Made by a program: the position numbers and the translations under genes | IMG/VR virus record: IMGVR_UViG_3300011691_000001 | Length of the DNA: 64,000 bases | Strand: one strand, 5' to 3' | Source: an uncultured virus (IMG/VR IMGVR_UViG_3300011691_000001) | Lineage: Duplodnaviria; Heunggongvirae; Uroviricota; Caudoviricetes | Shown: positions 11,870 to 21,740 of the stretch, in pieces | Layout of the letters: each line of letters opens with the position of its first letter | How positions within the stretch are numbered: the stretch's first letter is position 1 | The notes under the pieces: model-generated | Database searches by the model: none | What the model was told of the DNA's origin: nothing | Seen by the model: only the letters and a program-made list of their open reading frames with translations

Positions 11870-12024
11870 TACCTCCTACAGTAATTTTCCTAATTATAAA
11901 AAATAGGGAAGTAAAGTTAGGATGCTTTACTTGTCAAGAAGGCTAGCTACTTCCTTTTCTATCCCTATAGATAAATATTAACATAAATTGGTTTTATGTC
12001 AATAATATTTATTATGTATTTATT
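11870..12024 (-). promoter_or_regulatory. SigmaA promoter plus structured leader RNA of endonuclease gene
   Basis: TTGACA(12002-11997), 16 nt spacer, TG-n-TAATAT; AUAGGG/CCCUAU-closed three-way junction 11903-11968 followed by U tract. Confidence 0.65.
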
Positions 12025-12051
12025 AATATTATTTTAAATCTATTTAGCATA

Positions 12052-12579
12052 TTAATGAGATAACTGATTTAATGCTTTTTCTTTTAATTTATCATTCTTT
12101 ACATTGGACTTAATTAATTGTCTTTGCTTATCTAATTCTTTTTTATAGACATTTGCGATTTCGTTTGTTTTTCTTAGTTGATCAAAAACTTTCGTTACTT
12201 CTTCGGAAGTAAAAATCTCATCAAAGAACAACTCAAAATCTCCGCTATCATATAACCCTTTCAAGTATGCAATATTATCTTCTACTGACCATTTTGATAA
12301 AGTATCGTATAAGGAAGTGAAGTGCTTAATGATTAGATATCCAAGATATTGTTCCATATCCGCATCATCTTTGAGATAATCAATATTATTGTCTTTACAA
12401 TATTGAATAGTTTCAATTAATTCTATGATTAGCTTATCTTTCTTAGATTTAGAGAAGATAGGGAAGTAAGTGATACTATGTCCTTTTTCTTCATCAAAAT
12501 GGTATACTTCTTTACGATTAGCATTTGCTGCTCGTTGAGTAAAGAATGCTACATCTACTGTATTGTTGTTTTTTGACAT
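12052..12579 (-). CDS. Phage protein, possible tail assembly chaperone
   Basis: 175 aa ORF with RBS, upstream of TMP in tail module; function inferred from position. Confidence 0.5.
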   Translation of the reverse strand: MSKNNNTVDVAFFTQRAANANRKEVYHFDEEKGHSITYFPIFSKSKKDKLIIELIETIQYCKDNNIDYLKDDADMEQYLGYLIIKHFTSLYDTLSKWSVEDNIAYLKGLYDSGDFELFFDEIFTSEEVTKVFDQLRKTNEIANVYKKELDKQRQLIKSNVKNDKLKEKALNQLSH

Positions 12580-12615
12580 TCTGAAAATCTCCTTTATGTA
12601 TTTATTTAATAGTAC

Positions 12616-13485
12616 TTATGAAATTTGCTTATTTAACAATTTTGAAATCCAATCGATTCCTTTTGGAGTTACATATGTAGTAGGATAATTAATAACATTT
12701 CCATTCTTTTCTGTAGTATTGTCTTTAACTACAAAGTATCCAATATCAATATATCTTTGATAGGGGATATTGTTATTTTGGACTTTCATCATTATTTCTT
12801 TTTCACGTAAGAAAGATAACAATCTTTTAGAACCTGTATTAAGAATCTTAGCAACATCATTAATCTTTTGCGCATTCTTAGCCTCAATGAAATGCTCATA
12901 AGATTCAACTTTAGGTTTCATTTTATCAATAGCTACATTTAACTCAGCGATATGACGATTCTTGTAATTATTGTATTCTGATAATGAAATAGCTCGATCA
13001 GCCTCCGATTCAGATTGAATAATACGTAAAAGTAATAATTGTTCATCTGTAATTCCTTTAACTTTTTGTTCATCTGAAGTAACTTCTTGTTGATCCAACA
13101 GCGTAGTACGTACTCGTTTAGCAACATCTGAATCACGCAATAACATAGCCACATTCAATACTGCTCTTTTAGTGAAAATATTAGAACCTTGTCGTGAAAT
13201 TTTTAAGTGTGACACTATGTCACTGTTAAGAATCTGCTTAATTTCAGTATAAGACATCTTTTTTACACCATTATTGTGTAATTCACCTTTGTTACGCTCA
13301 ATTAATTTACGGATAATAGCAGAATCAACTTCAAAATACTCTGCTACCATTTTAGTTGTCATCAATTCTGTATTTGGCAATAAGAATAAATCTTTTACCT
13401 TTTCTAATACTTCAACCTTGCTAATTAACTCTTCACGCAGTTCTTTGTTCTCGATTAAATCATTTTCTTCAAATTTCATTAACAT
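12616..13485 (-). CDS. Phage antirepressor with KilA-C (ANT) domain
   Basis: C-terminal MKPKV..AKIL..G.KRL..FLRE..PYQRYID.GYF..TYVTPKG. Confidence 0.85.
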   Translation of the reverse strand: MLMKFEENDLIENKELREELISKVEVLEKVKDLFLLPNTELMTTKMVAEYFEVDSAIIRKLIERNKGELHNNGVKKMSYTEIKQILNSDIVSHLKISRQGSNIFTKRAVLNVAMLLRDSDVAKRVRTTLLDQQEVTSDEQKVKGITDEQLLLLRIIQSESEADRAISLSEYNNYKNRHIAELNVAIDKMKPKVESYEHFIEAKNAQKINDVAKILNTGSKRLLSFLREKEIMMKVQNNNIPYQRYIDIGYFVVKDNTTEKNGNVINYPTTYVTPKGIDWISKLLNKQIS

Positions 13486-13529
13486 TAAATCTCTCCTTTG
13501 TTTTTATGTATTTATTTAGAGTTAAAATC

Positions 13530-13607
13530 ATCATCTTACTTATCTCTATGTCTAAATACTAACATGAAGAGGAATGATTTTCAAGTATTAATTATGTATT
13601 TATTTTA
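13530..13607 (-). promoter_or_regulatory. SigmaA-type promoter, copy 1 of a duplicated antirepressor promoter
   Basis: AATAAATACATAA - TTGAAA - TGTTAGTATTTAG; near-identical to 16690-16760. Confidence 0.65.
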
Positions 13608-13656
13608 TTTAATTCATAAATGAAGCCTAAGATAATTCCTAGACTTTATTTATGAA

Positions 13657-14172
13657 TTAATATACCTTTATTCGTTGAACTATTGCCATATTACCTTGAC
13701 CACGTTCATACACTTTAGAAGGGATTTTTGCTGAAATTCGCATATCCAGATTTCCTTCTAATAATGCCTCATACACATTATCAAAAGAATCCCTATGGAA
13801 ATATAAGTACCATGAATCAGAATATCCTCCATCAACAGGAGTTAATTGTCCACAAAAATAAGCTTTTTCATTTGTATATCCATAATTATAATAATCACAA
13901 AGTTCAACATTACCATTTAAGAAGAATTCTTTATTTAGATTATTTGCTAAATTAAATTGAACTTCTTTGCCAGTTAGACTTATATTATATTCATCCATAA
14001 ATTTTTCATCTTCACTTAGTATTGGTTCAATGTAATCAGTAGCATATACATTAAAATCAAGATCTTCTTGTTCAGTTTTATTTACTTCTAGAACTTTTTC
14101 ATCTTTACCACAAGCAGTTAAAAATATTGTAGCAAGTACTATCATTAGCAAAGAACACATTCTAAATTGCAT
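13657..14172 (-). CDS. Lipoprotein (moron-like)
   Basis: Hydrophobic signal with lipobox LTAC. Confidence 0.75.
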   Translation of the reverse strand: MQFRMCSLLMIVLATIFLTACGKDEKVLEVNKTEQEDLDFNVYATDYIEPILSEDEKFMDEYNISLTGKEVQFNLANNLNKEFFLNGNVELCDYYNYGYTNEKAYFCGQLTPVDGGYSDSWYLYFHRDSFDNVYEALLEGNLDMRISAKIPSKVYERGQGNMAIVQRIKVY

Positions 14173-14247
14173 AAATACACCTCCAAGAATACCTTATTCT
14201 TGGTTTAATATTAACATGATTATGTAATTAATGAAAGATTTTAGAAA

Positions 14248-14475
14248 TTATCGTCTCTTGATTGTAAGGATTTCATTGAAATCTGTTATTTCTAAAGCTT
14301 CCATTACAGCAAATAAGTGTTCTCTGTTAATTTGATTTTTATTGTTTCTGTATAAATCTGAAATTGTAGCTGCCCTTAATTCGACTCCAGTTTTTTCGAT
14401 GATCAATTCCCTCAATTCTTTTTGAGAACTAATTCCCTTAGAACTAGCTGCCTTGTCAATTGTCAATTTTATCAA
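14248..14475 (-). CDS. Cro/C1-type HTH regulator
   Basis: ATISDLYRN...L..AL.I....EIL pattern. Confidence 0.7.
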   Translation of the reverse strand: MIKLTIDKAASSKGISSQKELRELIIEKTGVELRAATISDLYRNNKNQINREHLFAVMEALEITDFNEILTIKRR

Positions 14476-14732
14476 TATTCTACACCTCTAATGTATATAA
14501 AAATCTACTAAAAATCATTATATGCACACGAGTAATAGAATTCAATTTATTACATATTTACGTATTTCTGTAATTATGTTATATTTTTGATACGATATTA
14601 TTTTGTTTTGTCTAAAAAGAGGGTGTTTATATTCAATTTTTAGATTATAAAAGTAGTTCGTAATTACTAAAATATTCCTTCTTTACCAAAAACACTTTGA
14701 GGTGAGTGAACTATTATTAACGTTCACCTCAA

Positions 14733-14939
14733 TTATATTAGTTCACCTTTAGAGGTAATAAAATTAGCAACATATTCTACATTTAATGCTTCAGCTATTG
14801 CTAACAATTCTTTTTCACTGAAATTATCTCTTTTAAATTTATTGGTTAGGTTTTGTGGAGTAGTATTTAATCTTTCTGCTAACTCCTTTACTGATGTATT
14901 TTCCTTTATTAACAAGATTTTAATTTTTTCTGACATCAT
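14733..14939 (-). CDS. XRE-family HTH regulator
   Basis: SVKELAERLNTTPQNLTNKFKRDNFSEKEL..IAEAL. Confidence 0.85.
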   Translation of the reverse strand: MMSEKIKILLIKENTSVKELAERLNTTPQNLTNKFKRDNFSEKELLAIAEALNVEYVANFITSKGELI

Positions 14940-15094
14940 ATTAAAATACCTCTCTTTCTTGTTTAATTATACACTAATAAATTTAATAAATCATTGTTAA
15001 GTTTAAAAAATATATTGTACAATACACTTATTGGTGTATAATTACGTTAAAGAGTTTATTGAACTCGTGAATTTCACAATAGAAGAAGGGGAGA

Positions 15095-15541
15095 ATGAAC
15101 ATGAATACATTAATCACATCAATCAAACTTATTGCAAAAGGGGACATCCCATCACAAGTTGAACTACTAGGCGAGCCAATTTACGAAAATGGTAAATTAA
15201 AATCATTCGAAACAATTTATCAAGAGTACAATTACGATGAAGAAAACAGTCTAGATTGCAGCATAGAAAACTTCAATATGTCTGTGAGCAGCCTTCCAGA
15301 TTGTACATACAAATTCACCAGTTATTTTAAATTCAAGGTTATATCCAATGGTGTAGCAAAATTTGATTTCTGTTTATTAATTGAAAATGTACCTGATGAT
15401 TTAATCAGCAATATTGATACACTGGTTACACCTTCTAATATCATAATTGATAAATTCATCTTCAAGGATGATTGCTATTTATTTGATTCGTGTATGTCAG
15501 TTACTGAAATTGTAGGTGTGGAAATCATTGACGTTTATTAA
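15095..15541 (+). CDS. Hypothetical acidic protein, divergent from XRE gene
   Basis: GAAGGGGAG RBS, TTGTAC..TATAAT promoter, downstream hairpin about 15550-15578. Confidence 0.7.
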   Translation: MNMNTLITSIKLIAKGDIPSQVELLGEPIYENGKLKSFETIYQEYNYDEENSLDCSIENFNMSVSSLPDCTYKFTSYFKFKVISNGVAKFDFCLLIENVPDDLISNIDTLVTPSNIIIDKFIFKDDCYLFDSCMSVTEIVGVEIIDVY

Positions 15542-15587
15542 TAATAGGGAAGGTGAGAGTGGAATTTTCTCACCTTTTATTATATAT

Positions 15588-16646
15588 TTAATTATATAAA
15601 TTGTAAGTTGTTTCATTTACCCAGATGTTGCCTGTGTCGAAAGCTATCTTAGCACGTTCGAATTTACCTTTGTCTTTATCATTCTTTGATTTGTGGTATT
15701 TAACTTCTTCAAAGGTTAATCCCTCATCATTTAGGTGATTTTCGATTTCCTTTATTGCTAATTCGCTGTACTTAACAGTGGCAACATCTTTGCCTCCACG
15801 TTGAACTAGGTTAATTGTAATATAATCATCCATGTAGCCAACGTTTCCTTCTGGATTTAGATAGAAACCTAACTTCTTAGCAATATTAGTTGTAAATGCT
15901 GCGTGTGGCTTATTATTTGTTGAAAATACATTAAATCTTTTAGCTACAGCTTCAGCAGTACAATCACCTTCTCGAATAATAGCAGTACGATTTACTTTAT
16001 GCTCAATTTCTTTAACTTGAGATTTTACTTCTTTAATTTCCTTGGACTGTAAATACTGATTAAGTTCTAAATTATAATTAGACAACATTGCGTTAGCCAT
16101 TCTATCCGATGAATCTAAAACTAACAAATCTTCATATCCTTTTATTTTTGAACGAAGTAAGCGTTCTGTTTCATCTTCAATTTTAGATATTTCGTTTTCT
16201 ACAAGATCAAACTTACCATCTGAATTTAATTTAGGATTAACTTCTCTACGCATAAACTTTTTAAATTTATTAGCATGTCCTGAGTTAGAAGAGTACATAG
16301 TTCCAAAAATACCTTCTTCAAATACAATATCTAGGCGTGGTACTGATTTATACTGTTCATATAAGGTCGTCACCATTTCAGTTACGACTAAGGATAGGTC
16401 GTCACTTCCTTTTAAAATTTCTTTGAATACTTTTAAATCGTCGCCTTGTAAAGTCTTGTATTCATAGTCATTTTCGAATTCTTCACGCTCTTTAATGTCA
16501 TTCCATGACTTCTTAGGACTTGCGTATCCTTCAAATGCCATCAACTCTGGAGCAATTGTAGCTACCTTACTGTCAAGCTGAAATAAAAATAATGTTTTGT
16601 TACCTTCTGTAAATTTTTCAATACTGTTCATCAAATCTCTCCTCAA
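15588..16646 (-). CDS. Antirepressor-like protein (BRO-N-like N-terminus)
   Basis: EEGIFG.MY.S....A.KFKKFM.REV.P.L...GK motif; shares promoter with the other antirepressor. Confidence 0.6.
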   Translation of the reverse strand: MRRDLMNSIEKFTEGNKTLFLFQLDSKVATIAPELMAFEGYASPKKSWNDIKEREEFENDYEYKTLQGDDLKVFKEILKGSDDLSLVVTEMVTTLYEQYKSVPRLDIVFEEGIFGTMYSSNSGHANKFKKFMRREVNPKLNSDGKFDLVENEISKIEDETERLLRSKIKGYEDLLVLDSSDRMANAMLSNYNLELNQYLQSKEIKEVKSQVKEIEHKVNRTAIIREGDCTAEAVAKRFNVFSTNNKPHAAFTTNIAKKLGFYLNPEGNVGYMDDYITINLVQRGGKDVATVKYSELAIKEIENHLNDEGLTFEEVKYHKSKNDKDKGKFERAKIAFDTGNIWVNETTYNLYN

Positions 16647-16689
16647 TATATTTTTATGTATTTATTAATTTAAAGATAAAATTAATTAC

Positions 16690-16760
16690 TGATTTATCTC
16701 CATGACTAAATACTAACATGAGGAGAAAGTATTTTCAAGTTTATTTATGTATTTATTTTA
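16690..16760 (-). promoter_or_regulatory. SigmaA-type promoter, copy 2 of duplicated antirepressor promoter
   Basis: Same architecture as 13530-13607. Confidence 0.65.
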
Positions 16761-16832
16761 ATAATATTCTTATTTGATTAAATAATTCAAGTAATCCCCT
16801 AAATTAAAGTAGGGGAGTATTTCAATTATCTA

Positions 16833-17867
16833 TTACATATTACCGAAGATGTTATTCTTTTCTTCCGCATGATCTCTAAGGTCGTAATGTGCAATTGTGG
16901 TAGCTACATTTTCATGATGTGCAATAAATTTACTTACTAATTCTAAAGGTACACCTTGTTCTAATAAGTAGGTAACTGCACTTGCTTTGAATAAATGGGG
17001 GTTAATACGTCTCTCAAGAACATGAGAAAGCACACTTGAACAGAAATAATTAGCCCAACCTTCTTCAACAACTTTAATTTCATTACCATATTTTTTAGTA
17101 AAGATGTATTCGTGTTCATACCCACGTTTTTCAAGCCACAACTTTATGTACTTTAGTGCTTCAAAATTAATCATATATGGTTCAATTTTTCCGTCTTCTC
17201 CACGACCTTTTAACCGAACGTTATGACTCATAATATATGTAGCTTCATCATCAATTTTATAATCTACAATTTCCGATTTAAACTGTATAATTTCGTTGCG
17301 TCTAGCTCCAACATTAAACGCAACAGCTAACCATGCCATACCTAGATAATTCTCATCATCTTCTAATATCTTCATCATCTCAAGATACTCTTCTTTCGTT
17401 ACTTTAACCTTTTCATATACTGAACTTTTAGGAATAGCAGGTAATCCGCGAGTAAAGTTTCTAAAATTTTTATATGGGTTGATTTCTTCTTCATCAAAAT
17501 CATCCATTACGACGTTTTCAATATAGTTACATAAACTAGATATAACTGCTTTCCGAGTTCCAATAGCCGAAGGAGACATTCTTCTATCATCCCGTAAATA
17601 AGATAAATAACGAATTATGTCGCGTTTTTTAATTTTATAAATAGGTTTATTATTCAACGATTCATAAATAAACCATCCAAATTGACGCAACATTGACCTG
17701 TATTGTTTTTTAGTTTGTGGGGAGTGCGATTGAGAAGAAATATATTCATCAATCAGATTTCTGTACTCTTTATTTACTTTCTCCCACATTTCATCAGTTA
17801 CTTCTGGGAGTTTTTTTGCTCTTTCACGAAGCATGTTTTTATTGATCTCTAGTTCTTTTTCAATCAA
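16833..17867 (-). CDS. Tyrosine recombinase (YomM-like) inside morphogenesis cluster
   Basis: N-terminal SAM-like domain; GARRNE, LKG, PHLFK, AHH, HYD catalytic region. Confidence 0.85.
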   Translation of the reverse strand: MIEKELEINKNMLRERAKKLPEVTDEMWEKVNKEYRNLIDEYISSQSHSPQTKKQYRSMLRQFGWFIYESLNNKPIYKIKKRDIIRYLSYLRDDRRMSPSAIGTRKAVISSLCNYIENVVMDDFDEEEINPYKNFRNFTRGLPAIPKSSVYEKVKVTKEEYLEMMKILEDDENYLGMAWLAVAFNVGARRNEIIQFKSEIVDYKIDDEATYIMSHNVRLKGRGEDGKIEPYMINFEALKYIKLWLEKRGYEHEYIFTKKYGNEIKVVEEGWANYFCSSVLSHVLERRINPHLFKASAVTYLLEQGVPLELVSKFIAHHENVATTIAHYDLRDHAEEKNNIFGNM

Positions 17868-17907
17868 TTCATCATTCTCCTTTCAAAAGAATGAAAAAGA
17901 CTTGAAG

Positions 17908-18408
17908 TTACCTCACTTCAAATCCTAATTTTTTATAAGCATTCTTAATTGCATTTACTAAATATGTAGGGTTAGCTTGAATTCTAGCTATGGTTTCTTG
18001 TATAAACGGTCTAGCCTCACTCCATTTACCATGCCTATACCAACTGTTACCATCAGTTTCTCCATCGTTAATTACATCTGTGATGAATTGACCATGTAAT
18101 GAATCTTGGCTTTGCTCGTAGATAGGAGAGAAGTGTCCTTGTCCTAATGTTAAGTTTTCGAATAACACTATAACTTTTCCATTTTTCACTTCTACTTTTG
18201 TAATCTTCATGTTACGAACGTCAGATAAACCACCATCATTACGTCTACGCTTGTATTCAACAGGTACATATCTTCTATACACAACATCATATACAGCTTG
18301 AGACATTGTAGAAGCTAACACTTTTTCAATGTTTTTATCTTTAAAGACCTGATGAGAATTGCGTTCAAAATATCTTTGTATTTGATCTATATCATTGAAC
18401 TGTACCAT
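17908..18408 (-). CDS. Tail completion/neck protein (HK97 gp10-like)
   Basis: VY..Y.P..Y.RR...GGL.D and C-terminal ARPF motif; tail module position. Confidence 0.6.
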   Translation of the reverse strand: MVQFNDIDQIQRYFERNSHQVFKDKNIEKVLASTMSQAVYDVVYRRYVPVEYKRRRNDGGLSDVRNMKITKVEVKNGKVIVLFENLTLGQGHFSPIYEQSQDSLHGQFITDVINDGETDGNSWYRHGKWSEARPFIQETIARIQANPTYLVNAIKNAYKKLGFEVR

Positions 18409-18469
18409 TTAATTTCTCCAGTATAATAAAGTAGAGTAGGGAATTAACCCTACTCAAATTATGTATTTA

Positions 18470-19438
18470 TTATGATACTACAACTTCAATTACATCAGTA
18501 TAAGTACCATCAGATACTTTTACATTTGTTTCACCAGTACCAACTCCAGTGATTTCTCCATTTACAAAAGTAGCAACTGCTTCATCATCAGATGTAAAAG
18601 TAAGTTTAGAATTATCCATTAATACGTTACTGTAACCACCACCACGGATACCTAACGTCATTACTTTTTGCTTCTCACCAATAGCCAATGTTACTTCTGA
18701 AACATCAGTTGCCAATGATGATACTTTAATAGAAGTTCCTTTGACAGGTTTCCATTTTACAGTGGCATACATATCATTATCAGTCAAAGCTTTACCATTC
18801 ATAGTAAATTGAGCAATACTATCATGAGCTAAGTTCATCGATAATGCACCGTCTAATTTGTAACGAGGTACTTCAATTTGTTGCTCATAAGCTTTGTCAC
18901 CATCAGCATTGAAAATATCTGAAATTAAAACTAATTTATAAGCTTTAGGGAAGTCATTTGCACCGATTGTAAGCTCATCCACTTGTGCATCAAATTGATA
19001 AACAACTTTTAATTCTTTATCAGCATAAGCAATGTCCGTAATAACTGATCCAGTAGGTGTTTTAGTAACGTGGTTGGCAGGAGATTCTACGTAAACATTC
19101 CCAATTGGAGTTTGTGATAATGTACCTTTACCAGTTGAATCAAATGTTACTAATTCTTCAGTAAAGTATTTACTCATTTTGTTCTTAATTTCTGAACCAG
19201 TTTGTAGAGCTAAATAAACAGGGGAGAAGTCAGCAGCTTCAATTTGGAAAGATAAAACTTTTTGATAATTATAGATAGTCTGTAACTGAGAACCACGACC
19301 TGCATTGATATCTGTTTGTTGCATTGCTTGTTCCATACTTGAAGTTAATAATGCTGTAGCTTTAACAACAAGTGTATCATTAGACGGATCAATCAATAAA
19401 GCATCTGCTGTAGATACAGCGAAAAGTTTTTCTGTCAT
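18470..19438 (-). CDS. Major tail tube protein with C-terminal Ig-like (Big_2) domain
   Basis: TFTSDDEAVATFVNGEITGVGTGETNV Ig motif; position. Confidence 0.8.
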   Translation of the reverse strand: MTEKLFAVSTADALLIDPSNDTLVVKATALLTSSMEQAMQQTDINAGRGSQLQTIYNYQKVLSFQIEAADFSPVYLALQTGSEIKNKMSKYFTEELVTFDSTGKGTLSQTPIGNVYVESPANHVTKTPTGSVITDIAYADKELKVVYQFDAQVDELTIGANDFPKAYKLVLISDIFNADGDKAYEQQIEVPRYKLDGALSMNLAHDSIAQFTMNGKALTDNDMYATVKWKPVKGTSIKVSSLATDVSEVTLAIGEKQKVMTLGIRGGGYSNVLMDNSKLTFTSDDEAVATFVNGEITGVGTGETNVKVSDGTYTDVIEVVVS

Positions 19439-19466
19439 TTAAATACCTCTTTCACAATTATGTATT

Positions 19467-20225
19467 TTATATACTTACTATTCCGTTATTTTTATTTATT
19501 TGTTTAAGTTGGTCTCCAGTTAAAACTACTCCATCATCATCTGATTTATCTTTAATATAGTCCAACCAGTGAGGGAAAGTTGTACCTTCTTTGAACGAAA
19601 CCATACTGTTGTATTTTGCATTCTGTAAGACATCTGCTGTTTTTATTAAATCAATTCTTTCTATCTCTTTGTTAAATTGATATATTGTTGAGTTTTTTAT
19701 ATCCTCATAAGACACTTTTTGAATGCATTTGTAAGCGATTATTTGTTGCTCAAGATCTGCAATACGTCCATTTCGTTTTGATAAATATGCCTTTGCATCT
19801 GCTTTAGCCTTGTCAAAATCACTACCCAAAGAATCGTCCTTGGTCTTAATTATATTCTGGACACTTATGATTTCTCGAAGTTTTTCAAAATCCCTTTCCC
19901 TAATAAAACCAATATTATCTACTGAAATTACCAACTTATTCTTTTCGTCAAAATGATAATCAATGTTATCAGTCCTAGTTACTAACTTAATAAGATTATC
20001 TAATTTATCTAATAAATGCTTATTTTCTTCACTTCGGCTTATACTTATTAGGAAAGACAGATATGACATTTTAATTATCTTAGGATCACTCATTGAATTT
20101 TTAGGTATTAAAAGGCAAGGGGTTGTATCATAAAGCTTAAGAATATCCTTCATGATAACAGGATATATAGGGACTTCGTTTATAAACTTAGGATTACCCC
20201 ATACGTTATCTAAATCAATATTCAC
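19467..20225 (-). CDS. Conserved tail-module protein (possible chaperone)
   Basis: Late operon position, 252 aa. Confidence 0.5.
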   Translation of the reverse strand: MNIDLDNVWGNPKFINEVPIYPVIMKDILKLYDTTPCLLIPKNSMSDPKIIKMSYLSFLISISRSEENKHLLDKLDNLIKLVTRTDNIDYHFDEKNKLVISVDNIGFIRERDFEKLREIISVQNIIKTKDDSLGSDFDKAKADAKAYLSKRNGRIADLEQQIIAYKCIQKVSYEDIKNSTIYQFNKEIERIDLIKTADVLQNAKYNSMVSFKEGTTFPHWLDYIKDKSDDDGVVLTGDQLKQINKNNGIVSI

Positions 20226-20236
20226 AAATACTCACC

Positions 20237-20758
20237 TCACTGAACTGAGTTTGTAACATATGCCATTTTATATCCAATGAAGCCGTCTGGAGTATTATTG
20301 ATAGGGGAGGAGAACGCTAATCTAAAATCACCTATATCAGTTACATGTTTCTTATCTAGAATTTCATTCAAAGTATCACAAATCCAAGTCATTCTGAAAT
20401 CTTTAATATCAATGTCTACGTGTACATAAACATCAAAATTATATACTTGGTCAGCCATATACACATTATCTTGTTGTCTACGTGCAGCAGGATTGTAGCT
20501 TTCTTGAGGCTTCCTAGTTCCTGTATAGAAACAAATCCTACACAATTCAGATTTTAAATCCAAGTCATACTTTTTATCAGATGGCATTAATACCTTTTCA
20601 ACAATGTCATACTTGTCTGGTAGTGAATTAATATCAGGCTTCTTTGTATCTAGCGGATTATCCAATGCGTTTACAGGTTTATAATGAAGCAATCGTAGTA
20701 AGTTTTCGTGTGAGGATAAAGTGATGTATAATTTTTTTAAACTTCCTCTTAAATCCAT
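20237..20758 (-). CDS. Putative tail terminator
   Basis: LLRLLHY..FDVYVH..R...I.D pattern; position. Confidence 0.55.
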   Translation of the reverse strand: MDLRGSLKKLYITLSSHENLLRLLHYKPVNALDNPLDTKKPDINSLPDKYDIVEKVLMPSDKKYDLDLKSELCRICFYTGTRKPQESYNPAARRQQDNVYMADQVYNFDVYVHVDIDIKDFRMTWICDTLNEILDKKHVTDIGDFRLAFSSPINNTPDGFIGYKMAYVTNSVQ

Positions 20759-21435
20759 TAATTATCACCAACACTTTCAACTCGTTCTCCAGTAATTCTA
20801 AGAACGCCAACTTTATTGATTGATTTAGAAGGGTCAATACGGATAATTCTATATGTATCATTGAAAAGTTTAAATTTCTCATTGTACTTAATCGATGGAG
20901 CTTCAGTGTAGGGGATAGTAATCATTACTTGATTGGCTAAAAGGTTTATTGGATTATTTGTATCAGCAATTGAGGTAGAAGCATCATTCATTTTTGGTAC
21001 ACAAGGTAACATTTTTACTTCACCTTCAATAATGTCATAAACAGGTCTATTCATATCATCTTTACCAATTTCAACTTTTTGATCAGCATATTTTACTGGA
21101 AATTCTGCACTACAAAAGTCACCAGTAAATTGAGGCGTAACTTCGTTTGTATCTTTCCCTGTCAATAAGTAGACCAATTTATCTTGTGTAACATAATCGC
21201 CCAGATTCACCTCAGTATCAGGTAAAAATATAAATTTACGCTTTTCATAACTGCCTTTATCCCTTGCAATACAGTAATACGATACAGTTTCGTCCAGATT
21301 TAAAAAAATGTTATATAAGTTAGGAGAGTTTAGAATCTGTTGTTTAGCAATAATTTTTGATTGATTAAGATAAGCATCTTTCGAATTGACACCTTCCTGA
21401 TTCAATCGTTTTATATACTTTTCCATGAAATTCAA
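20758..21435 (-). CDS. Putative head closure/neck protein
   Basis: Translationally coupled in head-tail module. Confidence 0.5.
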   Translation of the reverse strand: MNFMEKYIKRLNQEGVNSKDAYLNQSKIIAKQQILNSPNLYNIFLNLDETVSYYCIARDKGSYEKRKFIFLPDTEVNLGDYVTQDKLVYLLTGKDTNEVTPQFTGDFCSAEFPVKYADQKVEIGKDDMNRPVYDIIEGEVKMLPCVPKMNDASTSIADTNNPINLLANQVMITIPYTEAPSIKYNEKFKLFNDTYRIIRIDPSKSINKVGVLRITGERVESVGDN

Positions 21436-21740
21436 TTCTCATCACCAACCTTAGATAAGTTATTTATTAAACTGATACATCGGAATACTTCACTTCGAAT
21501 AACTTTAATATTAGGTTTTGGTTCAAGACTGTCATCATAAAAATGCTCTAATATACTTAATAGAGTAATCACTATTTCTTTCTTATCATCAATTAAATAT
21601 TGAAGTCCATAAATTTCATAACTGAAAGAATTTATATATGAAGATAACCCCTCATTAGTTTCTTCAAATAGACATAGACATTTATAAAATCCACCCTTTA
21701 GATATTCGAAATATTCATTTGGAATATTCATCTCAAACAC
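21432..21740 (-). CDS. Hypothetical virion-module protein
   Basis: Overlapping neighbours in late operon. Confidence 0.6.
   Translation of the reverse strand: MFEMNIPNEYFEYLKGGFYKCLCLFEETNEGLSSYINSFSYEIYGLQYLIDDKKEIVITLLSILEHFYDDSLEPKPNIKVIRSEVFRCISLINNLSKVGDEN

Noticed and set aside
16833..17867. Recombinase as prophage integrase or boundary
   Set aside because: Phage structural genes on both sides; no host genes or att duplication seen
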